This document shows positions 51,787 to 60,743 of a stretch of DNA of 64,000 nucleotides, one piece after another. Location of the stretch: positions 192,001-256,000 of the forward strand of contig CAWKBC010000027.1 of assembly GCA_963847705.1 (NCBI GenBank), in the 5' to 3' direction. The stretch comes from an uncultured Pseudomonadota bacterium (lineage in GTDB: Bacteria; Myxococcota_A; Polyangia; Fen-1088). The first letter of the stretch is position 1. Every line of letters begins with the position of its first letter. A program made the position numbers and the translations under genes. The notes under the pieces are model-generated. The model saw nothing but the letters and a program-made list of their open reading frames with translations, did not search any database and was not told the DNA's origin.

Positions 51787-51845
51787 GCTCGTGCTCCTTC
51801 CTACGTTGCCCCCATTGCCCCGTTCCCCTCGGGCCCGCGCCGCGG

Positions 51846-52535
51846 CTATGTGGCGGCGGGAGCCATCTTCCCTTCGTCGACCGTGACGGCGTGGATGCCG
51901 GCGATCTGCGTGTCGGCCAGCTGCCGCAGCACGGTGGAGGCGTCCATCGTCTCGCCGAGGACGGTCTCCATCACCAGCCGCCCCGGGCCTGGATTCCCGG
52001 TGGGGAGCTCCAGCACCCGCGCGCCCGGAAACGCCAGCTTGATCTGGTCCCAGGCGCTGCGCGGGTCGTCGAGCTGCACCGAGACCCGCACCAGGCGCAG
52101 CCGCGCCCGCCGGCCGAGGTCGAAGAGAGCCAGCACCACCCCTGCGAACAGCGTCGCCACCACCGCCATGGGGACGGCACCGAGACCGCAGGCCATGCCG
52201 ACGCCGATCATCACGAACATCACCGCGGCGTCGCGGGTGTCCTTGATCCCCGAACGAAACCGGATGAAGCCGCCCAGACCGACCAGGCCGAAGGCGCGCG
52301 CCGTGCTGTGGCCGATGACCACCACCATGAGCGCACCCGCCAGCGCGATCAGCGTCTGCGCCTGGGCGACCTCGCGCGCGGGCGGCAGCGCGTTGGGCAG
52401 GAGGCGCCGCCAGGGGCGAAAGCCCAGGAAGGCGCCCAGCAGCGACGCGATCACCATCCGCACCAGCACCACCTCGAACCTCGAGGTGCCCATCGTCTCG
52501 AGCCCCAGCGTGTCGTTGAGGTCGAAGGGCGACAT
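51846..52535 (-). CDS. DUF4956/MgtC-like membrane protein
   Basis: ARAFGLVGLGGFIRFRSGIKDTRD...GMACG; four TMs plus soluble C-terminal domain. Confidence 0.8.
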   Translation of the reverse strand: MSPFDLNDTLGLETMGTSRFEVVLVRMVIASLLGAFLGFRPWRRLLPNALPPAREVAQAQTLIALAGALMVVVIGHSTARAFGLVGLGGFIRFRSGIKDTRDAAVMFVMIGVGMACGLGAVPMAVVATLFAGVVLALFDLGRRARLRLVRVSVQLDDPRSAWDQIKLAFPGARVLELPTGNPGPGRLVMETVLGETMDASTVLRQLADTQIAGIHAVTVDEGKMAPAAT

Positions 52536-52537
52536 AC

Positions 52538-54247
52538 TCAGGCCGCCATCACGGAGAGCGTGAGATTGGCGCCGGTGGCGATGATGGCCGCCTGCTTGAG
52601 CAGCGAGATCTGGCCGGCGAATCCGGCCAGGGCGCGGTCGAGGAGCTCGCGCCCGCGCGCGCCGTTGACCAGGACGCCCAGGCTCTTGACCACGCTGGGG
52701 GGCCAGATCTCCAGGCAGGCCTCGCGGATCTCCCAGGCGGTGTCGTGATCGAGGCCGATCATCGAGTCGAGCGCCTCGCGGCAGCGCATGGCGGTTCCGG
52801 TGCGCAGCGCCCAGGCGCGCGCGTCGTCCATCCCGGCGATGGTCGAGAGCACGGCCTTGGGGGCGCGCCCGACCGCGCGCTCGCGCCAGAGCCAGGCCTT
52901 GTCGCTGCAGAGCCCTCGCAACGACGCGATGGCGGCCACCGGTGCCACGTCGCGCGCCGACTTGCGCAGCTTCCAGGCCTCCGGTCTGTCGAGCCCGGTC
53001 ACCGAACGGGCCAGGGCGCGCGCCCGGATATAGTTGCCGGCGGCGCGCCCGGGGCCGCCCTGCTCGGCGATCCAGCGCGCGCGAAGATCCCAGGCGCGTG
53101 GCACGTCGAGCAGCGCCAGCGAGGCCACCACCGCCTCCGGCACGCGCTCGAAGAGCTCGGCGCGCAGGGCCCAGGCGGTCTCGTCGTCGAGACCCTCGAG
53201 GCTGGAGGCCACCTCGGCCGGCGCGATGTCCGCCAGGAGCTCACGCATGGCCCAGGCCTCGGTGGCCTCGGCGGCCATGTCGGTGAGCGAGCTCGCGACC
53301 TCGGCGGGGGCCGATTCGACCAGCGCCCGGCGCAGCTGCCAGGAGGTGGCGTCCGACAGTCCGCGCAGCCCGCGCGCCACGATCCGGGGGACCGTCGCGG
53401 AGAAGGCGAGGCGGCGCTGGTCGATCCCTGGTCCCGCCGTTCCTGACAGCACGTAAGCCGCCAGGCCGGGCTCCGAGCGCGCGCGCCGATCGACCCAGGC
53501 CAAGAAGGCGTCCAGCGCCGAGCGAGGGCCGTCGACCTGCGGGACCGCGGACGGTGGGGCGAGGGTGGCCAGACGCGCGCGCGCCTCCTTGATCGCCGCC
53601 TCGCGGTCGATCATGGCGCGCGCGATGGCGTCGACGATCGCGCCGACCACCTGGTCCAGCGCGGCATCGCTGTTCTCGACGATGATCCAGCGCGCGCTGT
53701 CACGCCCGGCCAGGGCGCGGTAGCCAGCCCGCAGGCGGGTTTGCAGACCGCTGCCGGTCAGCCCCTTGCGCGACACCGGCCGGCGGTCGGGCGAGAGGAT
53801 CTTGGCCACCTTGCGCCGCCCCCGCGCCACCGACGGGTCGACGTCGATGAGGAAGGCCAGCTCCGGCCAGAGTCCCCCCGCGGCCGTGGCCAGCACCGGG
53901 TCGATCTCCTGGCTGGGAAGATCGCGCCCCGCCTGCGCCAGCACCTCGGCGGTGTAGAGGTAGCGATCCGCGATGACCACGTCGGCGCGTCCGAGCGCCG
54001 GGCGCAGCACCTCGTCGGCCAGCTGGACCTCGCGGGCCACGTAGAGCATCAGCTCCGCCCGCGGGGAGAGCGCCATGTTGCGGGCGTCCCGGCAGAAGTC
54101 GCGAATCCCTTGCGTCACCTTGGAGGCGAAGGCCCCCTCCTCGCGCAGATGCTCGACCGTGAGGCCGCGCTCGCGCAGCATCTTGGCGACGCGATTCGAG
54201 ATCGTCGTCTTGCCACTGCCGTCGATCCCCTCGAATACGACAAACAT
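52538..54247 (-). CDS. tmk: Thymidylate-kinase-family protein fused to helical (HEAT-like) repeats
   Basis: FVVFEGIDGSGKTT, RE.G, ELMLY.AR, VIADRY; C-terminal half of about 28-aa repeats. Symbol reflects the fold; function unproven. Confidence 0.8.
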   Translation of the reverse strand: MFVVFEGIDGSGKTTISNRVAKMLRERGLTVEHLREEGAFASKVTQGIRDFCRDARNMALSPRAELMLYVAREVQLADEVLRPALGRADVVIADRYLYTAEVLAQAGRDLPSQEIDPVLATAAGGLWPELAFLIDVDPSVARGRRKVAKILSPDRRPVSRKGLTGSGLQTRLRAGYRALAGRDSARWIIVENSDAALDQVVGAIVDAIARAMIDREAAIKEARARLATLAPPSAVPQVDGPRSALDAFLAWVDRRARSEPGLAAYVLSGTAGPGIDQRRLAFSATVPRIVARGLRGLSDATSWQLRRALVESAPAEVASSLTDMAAEATEAWAMRELLADIAPAEVASSLEGLDDETAWALRAELFERVPEAVVASLALLDVPRAWDLRARWIAEQGGPGRAAGNYIRARALARSVTGLDRPEAWKLRKSARDVAPVAAIASLRGLCSDKAWLWRERAVGRAPKAVLSTIAGMDDARAWALRTGTAMRCREALDSMIGLDHDTAWEIREACLEIWPPSVVKSLGVLVNGARGRELLDRALAGFAGQISLLKQAAIIATGANLTLSVMAA

Positions 54248-54257
54248 CCTTCTCACC

Positions 54258-55124
54258 TCACGCGGCCACGAAAGACCCGACTGCGAACAGCGGTGACGCC
54301 GGGGCGGCTGGCGCCAGGCCGTCGCTCTCTTGACTCACCTCGCCGGTGTGACCGAGCGCGGTCATCCCCATGCGGAACTTGGAGAAGCTGTCGGCTGGCT
54401 GCAGTGACTCCAGCGCCGGCCCCAGCCAGAACGGCATCTCGCCGCTGTGTTTGATCTCCAGGACCCGGGCCGGAAACATGGCGATCACCTCCCGGTCGCG
54501 CGGCGCTGCCAGCGAGCCCGGGTCGCCGATCAGTTGCGGCCGGCAAAACGTCAGATTCTCGTCGAGGGTGATGCGGATGCGGCGGGCGTCGGCCGTCAGG
54601 CAGAGACGCCGGTACCAGGTCGCCAGGCGCGGGGCCATCGTGGGAAGCGCCAGCTCGCGGGCAAGCTCGGTCTGCCCGGCGGTCATGTTGGACGAGGGCC
54701 CCACGGCACGCGCGGCCAGCATCCGCGCGATCTCGGCCGGCGAGGCGGCCAGGCGCACCTTGCGGCGCACCGGGCCGTCATGCTCTTTCAGCTCCACGAA
54801 CGCCACGCCCGAGAGGATCGGCGCGTCCTTGGGGCTGGCCGCGATGGCGTACTCGCGGATCCGGAGCCGCCGCGCCGGCGCCCCCTCGCCGGTTCGAAAG
54901 TACGTCAGGTCGTCGGTGTCGAGATAGGTCGTACGTGTGTACGAGATGGGCCGGGCGGGATCGTAGATCTCGATGGCCGTCCGCGCGGCGATCGTGTTGA
55001 GGAAGCGGCGCATCTCTCCGTGGGAGAGCAGGAAGCGCAGCTCGTGATCGAACGGGTCGCTGTTCGCTGCCTTTGAGCCCGCTGTCTTTTGGCTCGGCGT
55101 AGACGTTTCGACGGCACCACCCAT
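54258..55124 (-). CDS. VTC-domain (CYTH, polyphosphate polymerase-like) protein
   Basis: ELRF, TTYLDT, RLRIREY, FVELK, YRR, RITLDENL, VLEIK, FSKF; RBS GGAGG. Confidence 0.85.
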   Translation of the reverse strand: MGGAVETSTPSQKTAGSKAANSDPFDHELRFLLSHGEMRRFLNTIAARTAIEIYDPARPISYTRTTYLDTDDLTYFRTGEGAPARRLRIREYAIAASPKDAPILSGVAFVELKEHDGPVRRKVRLAASPAEIARMLAARAVGPSSNMTAGQTELARELALPTMAPRLATWYRRLCLTADARRIRITLDENLTFCRPQLIGDPGSLAAPRDREVIAMFPARVLEIKHSGEMPFWLGPALESLQPADSFSKFRMGMTALGHTGEVSQESDGLAPAAPASPLFAVGSFVAA

Positions 55125-55187
55125 GTCGTTTCACCTCCGCTTGAGATATCCGCCGGACGGGAAGCCGGTCGCACGAGCGTGAGCATG

Positions 55188-55203
55188 TGCAAGTCAAATG
55201 CCG
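55188..55203 (-). promoter_or_regulatory. Putative sigma54 (-24/-12) promoter of the VTC operon
   Basis: Minus strand CGGCATTTGACTTGCA (GG-N10-GC with TTGCA), about 65 bp upstream of the VTC ATG. Confidence 0.65.
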
Positions 55204-55287
55204 ATTGCCGCGCCGCAAGGCACGGGGGGTTGGCCCATCGCCGGCGCCCGGCCGTTACCGCGGCGTAATCCGCTCAACCAGGGGCGG

Positions 55288-57213
55288 TTACCGATCGTCG
55301 ATCGCGTCGAGCGCGCCGAATCCACCCCGCGCGGCGAGGCGCGGGGCGAGGCCGGACGAGCGCTCGAGGGGCCTGCCGGCCGCCTGTGCGAGCAGCGCGC
55401 GTCGCCCCACGACGACGATCGATCGACGGGCGCGGGTCACGGCGGTGTAGATCAGCTCACGCGAGAGCAGGGGCAGGTCAATCTCGGGCAGGATCAGCGC
55501 CGCCTGATCGAGCTCGCTCCCCTGCGCCTTGTGGACCGTGGTGGCGTAGGAGATCGCCACCGCGCCGCGCAAGGTGGCGGCCGGGAAGAGCGCCAGCGTC
55601 GACTGATGCGGGAAGGCGAACATCGCCGTCGGCGCGCCGTCATTCTCGGCCTGCGCGACCAGCAGGGCGACCCCCTGGTCGCCGTTCATCAAGCCGCGAT
55701 CGTAGTCGTTCTCGATCATCATCACCGGCGTGCCGGGCGGAAGAGCGTCGGGAGTGGCTTCGTCTCCCAGCTCATGCGCGGCGCGGCGGACGAGCAGCTC
55801 ATTGATGCGATCGGCCCCCGCCTGACCAACGCGGGTCACCGTCAAGAGGCGCGCGCGGCGGTGGCGAGCGAGGAGCGCGTTCGCCAGCGCGGTGCCGGCC
55901 TCGTCGAGCACGCCGCGCGCGACCTGAGGGATCCGGCGGGGCTGCAGCATCGCCAGGGTGGGGTGAACGTGCCGCGCATACCAGTGGTCGACGAAAGAAC
56001 CCAGCAGGCGGTGGCCGTGACCGTCGCGGGTGTCGGGCTCGCACTGCTCGAACCCGACGAAGGTGAGCGCCTCGATTCCGGCCAGGCCCGCCGCAGCCTG
56101 CCGCGCGGGCGGGGCCTTGCCGGCGGCGATCTGCCGGGCGGCCTCCAGGATCTCGGCGCCGGCGGGATCGTCGGGGCTCATGCGGTGGCTCTCGGGCAGG
56201 CGGAGCGCGAGGGGCCCGAGGTCGCGCAGGACGCTGCCGGCCTGGATCGCGGGCAGCTGATCCGCATCGCCGATCAGCACCAAGCGCGCGTCGGGACGCA
56301 GCGCCCGCACGAGCTGCTCCACCAGCATCAGATCGACCATCGACGCCTCGTCGACGATGACGCCGGCGTGGGGCAGCCGGTTGTTCTCGTGGTGGCGGAA
56401 CGCGCCGCCGTGCAGCGCGCGGCGCGCGGAGAAACCCAGCAGGCGGTGCAGCGTGCTCGGCGCCGGTGTCTCGAGTCCATCGGCGACGAGCCCCTCGGCG
56501 ATCCGGTTGGCCGCCTTGCCGGTCGGGGCGGCGACGGCGATCATCTCCGCCGAGAGCCCCGCCGCGCGCCAGGCGCGGACGATCCCCCCGATGAGCGCGG
56601 TCTTCCCGCTGCCGGGCCCGCCGGTCACGACGGTCAATGGCCGCGCCAGCGCTGCGGCGATGGCGGCGCTCTGCGCGGCGGTCCAGGGACGGCTGGGGAG
56701 CGCGGCCGCGGCCAGCGCGGTCGCCGCGTCGACGGCCTGGTCGCCGAAGGGGGGAACGGCGGTGGCGATCCGCGCGGCCAGCGCGTCGGCCAGGCGCTCC
56801 TCCAGCCGGAGGTCACGTTCCTGATAGAGACAGCCGTCGTCGACGATGAAGGGACGGTGGTCCCCCAGACGTCCGACGAGTGGTGCCAGCGCAGGCTCCA
56901 GGGCGAGACGGTCGGCCAGACGACCCGCCAGGGCAGCGGCCGCCGCGCGATCGGCGAGGGTGGCGCCCAGCCGCTCGAGCCGCGCCTCGAGCCCGCTTCC
57001 CGTCCCACCGGTGAGCGCCAACCGCGTCGCTCCCTCCGCCCGCGCCTCGCACGAGGCGAGGACCAGCAGCGCGAACGCACGGCGCTCGGTCCCGGGAAGC
57101 TCCCGTGGCCAGCCGGCGGCTTCGAGCGCGAGAAAGAGCGCCTCGCGATCGACGTCGCCCCCGGTCAGCGCCGCGGCCCAGGCGGGCGGCCAGCTTCGGT
57201 CGGGCGCGCTCAC
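55288..57213 (-). CDS. recD: Exodeoxyribonuclease V alpha subunit
   Basis: GGPGSGKT, APTGKAA, TLHRLL, VDEASM, GDADQL, NGDQG, TVHKAQGSE, YTAVTRAR; GTG overlaps the recB stop. Confidence 0.92.
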   Translation of the reverse strand: MSAPDRSWPPAWAAALTGGDVDREALFLALEAAGWPRELPGTERRAFALLVLASCEARAEGATRLALTGGTGSGLEARLERLGATLADRAAAAALAGRLADRLALEPALAPLVGRLGDHRPFIVDDGCLYQERDLRLEERLADALAARIATAVPPFGDQAVDAATALAAAALPSRPWTAAQSAAIAAALARPLTVVTGGPGSGKTALIGGIVRAWRAAGLSAEMIAVAAPTGKAANRIAEGLVADGLETPAPSTLHRLLGFSARRALHGGAFRHHENNRLPHAGVIVDEASMVDLMLVEQLVRALRPDARLVLIGDADQLPAIQAGSVLRDLGPLALRLPESHRMSPDDPAGAEILEAARQIAAGKAPPARQAAAGLAGIEALTFVGFEQCEPDTRDGHGHRLLGSFVDHWYARHVHPTLAMLQPRRIPQVARGVLDEAGTALANALLARHRRARLLTVTRVGQAGADRINELLVRRAAHELGDEATPDALPPGTPVMMIENDYDRGLMNGDQGVALLVAQAENDGAPTAMFAFPHQSTLALFPAATLRGAVAISYATTVHKAQGSELDQAALILPEIDLPLLSRELIYTAVTRARRSIVVVGRRALLAQAAGRPLERSSGLAPRLAARGGFGALDAIDDR

Positions 57214-60200
57214 GGCGCCTGCTCCGCGCCGAGTCTGGCGGCGATCTCGACGCCCCAGACGGAGAGCTCGGCGAAGGTCGGGCGGCGGCTGCGGACGGCG
57301 CCCGCGCCCGGCAGGCCGCGCACGAACAGGTAGAGCGTGCCGCCGAAGCGGGCCTGGTACTCGGCCTCGCTGGCGATGCCGAGCATGCGGACCAGCGCCA
57401 GCGCGTAGAGCTGCTCCTGCAACGCGTAGTTCTTGGCGACGTGGGCCTCGACGACCGCCTGGTCCCAGCTGGGGAGGCGATCGGTCTTCCAGTCGCCGAA
57501 GTAGACCCGCCCCTCGTGCTCGAACAGCAGGTCGACGAACCCCTTGACGTAGCCGCGGTCGGCGCCGCCGGCCGCCTCGGGGAAGGGGAACAGGAACTCC
57601 ATCTCGCGCGCCTCGCGCCTGGCGTGGGCCAGTCCGGGAAGAACGCCACCGACGACCGGGAGCGGCGTGGTGAGCGCGGCGTGGGCCAGGCGCGCGGCGG
57701 CCAGCAGGTGCCGCGGCTCGCGCCCGTGCCGGCGCAGCGTCGCCTCGAGCAGCGCACGGATGTCGTCGCGCGCGGCCCAGGCCTCGAAGCCGTCGGTCGC
57801 CCGCAACGTCTCGAGCGGCACCCGCTCCAGCAGATCGTGGACGAAGACCCCCGCCCGCGCGCCGCCCGGGAGATCGTCGTCGGCGAGCGGCGGCGCATCG
57901 TTCGTCTCGTCGTGAATCTCCGTCGGTGGACGGTAGCCCCCTTCGGACTGCTTGATGCGGCTGTAGGAGGTGAGGGTGGGGCCGGCCCGGCGTCGCCGCA
58001 GCTGCGCCAGCTCCGCCTCGGGGACGGCGGTGGTCGAGGCCGTCGGCGCTCCGGGCTTCGAGGTCGTCTTCGACGCCGTTTTCGAGGCACCTGGCTTTTC
58101 GACGTCGGGCCGCCAGCCGACCAGACCCAGCAACGCCAGGCGCGGCCGTCCGCCGTCGCCCGAGCCACGCGGATCGATCGGCACGTCGCGCATCTCGAAG
58201 TGCCGCCGCTGCCCCTCGTCGGCCCGCAGCGCGCGCAGGCGGCGGTTCACGTGGCTGTAGCCGCCGCTCAGCTTCCAGTTGATCTCCCGGGTTCCCCCCT
58301 CGATCGGGGCGTCGCTCTCGCCTTCGCCGGAGAACGGCAGGTAGAGCCGCCGCCGGGCGCGCGTGAGCGCCACGTAGAAGAGCCGCTGATCCTCGCTCTC
58401 GCGCTCGCGCTTGATGAGCGCGGCCAGCGCGTTGGTCCTGGGACGGCCCGCCATCGCCACCCGCGAGCCGGCGTCGGTGTAGTGACGAACCCCCTTGTTC
58501 GGCGACGGGCTGTAGCCGCCGTACAGAAAGACCACCTCGGCCTCCAGCCCCTTCGCCTTGTGCATGGTCATGATCTGGACGGCGTCGTGGTCGCTCTCCA
58601 GGCGCTGGACGTTTCCCTCCTCCGCCTCGGGCACCAGCAGCTTCTCGCACAGCGCCGAGAGGCGGCGGACGACGTCGCCCAGAGGCCGGGCGGCGCGCGC
58701 GGCCTCGGCGGAGAGGACCTCGAACAGGTGGCGGATGTTCACCAGCCGGCGCGCGCTCTCACCCATGAAGAGCTCGCGTGAGATGACGCCGCTCTCGTCG
58801 AGGATGCGCGCATAGAGGCGACCGAGCGGCTCGCGCGTGGCGGCCGCGTGCCAGGAAAAGAGACGCGCGAAGAGGGGGTGATCGCCCTCGGCTCCCGCGG
58901 CCGCCGGGAGATCGGCCAGCGAGAGCCCGAAGAACGGCGTCAGCCAGGCGCGCAGCCGCTTGGCCGGATCGCGTGGGTCGGCGACGGCGCGCAGGAGATC
59001 CCGGACCTGCCGCGCCTCGGGCGAGGCATAGAGGCCCTCCTGGTTGTAGATGACGGCGGGAACCCCGCGGGCGCCGAGCGCGCCGGCGACCGCCTTCGCC
59101 TCGACCCAGGTTCGGGTCAGCACGAAGATGTCGCTGGCGCGCAGCGGCTCCGCGCCTGGCAGCGGCTCTGCGCCAGCCAGGAGGTCGACGATCTCCCGCG
59201 CCACGGCCTGGGCGAGCCCCTCGCGAACCGCGCGCATCGGCAGCCGGGCGACATCCTCGTCGGCGGTCACGCGCAGGAGCGTGACGGGTGCTGGCGCGGG
59301 GATCGGCGCCGGTGTGGGCGGCGGGTCGTCTTCGGGGCCGTACGTGACCGGCGGGTCGTACTTGATGTCGCCGTGGTTGAAGAAAGGGTCCGCCGCCGTC
59401 TGATCGAGGATGGCGTTGTAGGCGTCGATGACGGCGCGGGTGGAGCGAAAGTTGCGCGTCAGGTGGTGTGCCTCGTCGGACGCCGCCACGGTCTCGCGGG
59501 CCTCGACGTAGGTCGCCACGTCGGCCCCTCGAAATCCGTAGATGGCCTGCTTCGGATCGCCGACCAGATAGAGCGGCCTGGCTGCGCGCTCATCGAAGAT
59601 CCTTCGAAAGATCTCCCACTGGATCTGGTCGGTGTCCTGAAACTCGTCGACGATCGCCAGCCGGTACCGCTGCCGCAACGTCGCGGTCAGCTCGCTGCCG
59701 CGCGGGCCGTTGAGCGCGTCGTTCACCAGCGTGAGCATGTCGTCGAAGTCGTAGAGCCCCGCGGTCCGCTTGCGCGCCGCCAGCCGGGCGGCGACGGGCG
59801 GGACGAAGAGCTGCGCCACCGCGGCCTCGAGCGGAATCGCCGCGTCGGCCAGCTCCGCGACCGCGGCGACGACCGGCCCCGTTCGCCGCTCGAGCCGCTC
59901 GCTGACGAAGGCCAGCAGGTCGTCCTTCCCCGAGGGCAGATCGAGGGCGGCCAAGAATCGCCCGGTGTGGCCGTCGCTCTCGAACCGGCGCGTGGCGGCG
60001 TGGAGCGTGCGCAGCCGCGCGCTCACCGCCTTGGCCGTCGAGCCGTGCATCCCGGTCGTGCTCGCGTCGAGCTCGGCTGGCGTGAGGCGCGCGAAGGCCC
60101 GCGCCGCGGCGGCGATGCGCTGGGGATCGAACGGCGTTCCCCAGCGGGCGCGCAGCTGGTGCGCCCGGTAGAGGAGCGCCTCCAGGCTGTCGACCGTGGC

Positions 60201-60743
60201 GGCGCTTCCCCCCCGGGCCAGGTAGGCCTCGAGGTAGGGGGTCTGCGCGCCGTCGACGGCCAGCTCCTGGCGCAGCACCTCGGCGAAGGCGGCGGCAAAC
60301 GCCGCGCGGCTCTCCACGCTCTGCTGGAGGAGCAGACGCCCGCCGGCGAAGGCCTGCTCGGTGAGCACCCGCTGGCAAAAGGCGTGGATCGTCGAGATCG
60401 GCGCGCTGTCGAGGCTGCGCGCGGCAGCGTCCAGCCGGGCGCGCGCCTGGTCGTCGATCGTCCAGACCGACGTGGCGCGCGCCGTCGATTCGCGCGCCGT
60501 CGCCACCTTCTTGATCAACGCGCCGATGCGGCGCCGCAGCTCGGACGCCGCCCGGTCGGTGAAGGTCACGACCAGCATCTCTTCCAGCCGGGCGTCGCCG
60601 CGGACCATGCGATCGACGACCAGGTGCTCGATCAAGAACGTCTTGCCCGTCCCGGCCGACGCCTCGATGACCGCCGAGCGCGCGCGCGCGATCCGGCCCA
60701 GCTCGGCGGGGAAGGGATAGAGGACCTTCGTCGGGGCGCTCAT
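57210..60743 (-). CDS. recB: Exodeoxyribonuclease V beta subunit
   Basis: EASAGTGKT, DEFQDTD, GDPKQAIYGFRG, TMHKAKGLE, YVALTRA; nuclease motif GFVDLLF...DWKT...Q..LY. Confidence 0.95.
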   Translation of the reverse strand: MSAPTKVLYPFPAELGRIARARSAVIEASAGTGKTFLIEHLVVDRMVRGDARLEEMLVVTFTDRAASELRRRIGALIKKVATARESTARATSVWTIDDQARARLDAAARSLDSAPISTIHAFCQRVLTEQAFAGGRLLLQQSVESRAAFAAAFAEVLRQELAVDGAQTPYLEAYLARGGSAATVDSLEALLYRAHQLRARWGTPFDPQRIAAAARAFARLTPAELDASTTGMHGSTAKAVSARLRTLHAATRRFESDGHTGRFLAALDLPSGKDDLLAFVSERLERRTGPVVAAVAELADAAIPLEAAVAQLFVPPVAARLAARKRTAGLYDFDDMLTLVNDALNGPRGSELTATLRQRYRLAIVDEFQDTDQIQWEIFRRIFDERAARPLYLVGDPKQAIYGFRGADVATYVEARETVAASDEAHHLTRNFRSTRAVIDAYNAILDQTAADPFFNHGDIKYDPPVTYGPEDDPPPTPAPIPAPAPVTLLRVTADEDVARLPMRAVREGLAQAVAREIVDLLAGAEPLPGAEPLRASDIFVLTRTWVEAKAVAGALGARGVPAVIYNQEGLYASPEARQVRDLLRAVADPRDPAKRLRAWLTPFFGLSLADLPAAAGAEGDHPLFARLFSWHAAATREPLGRLYARILDESGVISRELFMGESARRLVNIRHLFEVLSAEAARAARPLGDVVRRLSALCEKLLVPEAEEGNVQRLESDHDAVQIMTMHKAKGLEAEVVFLYGGYSPSPNKGVRHYTDAGSRVAMAGRPRTNALAALIKRERESEDQRLFYVALTRARRRLYLPFSGEGESDAPIEGGTREINWKLSGGYSHVNRRLRALRADEGQRRHFEMRDVPIDPRGSGDGGRPRLALLGLVGWRPDVEKPGASKTASKTTSKPGAPTASTTAVPEAELAQLRRRRAGPTLTSYSRIKQSEGGYRPPTEIHDETNDAPPLADDDLPGGARAGVFVHDLLERVPLETLRATDGFEAWAARDDIRALLEATLRRHGREPRHLLAAARLAHAALTTPLPVVGGVLPGLAHARREAREMEFLFPFPEAAGGADRGYVKGFVDLLFEHEGRVYFGDWKTDRLPSWDQAVVEAHVAKNYALQEQLYALALVRMLGIASEAEYQARFGGTLYLFVRGLPGAGAVRSRRPTFAELSVWGVEIAARLGAEQAP

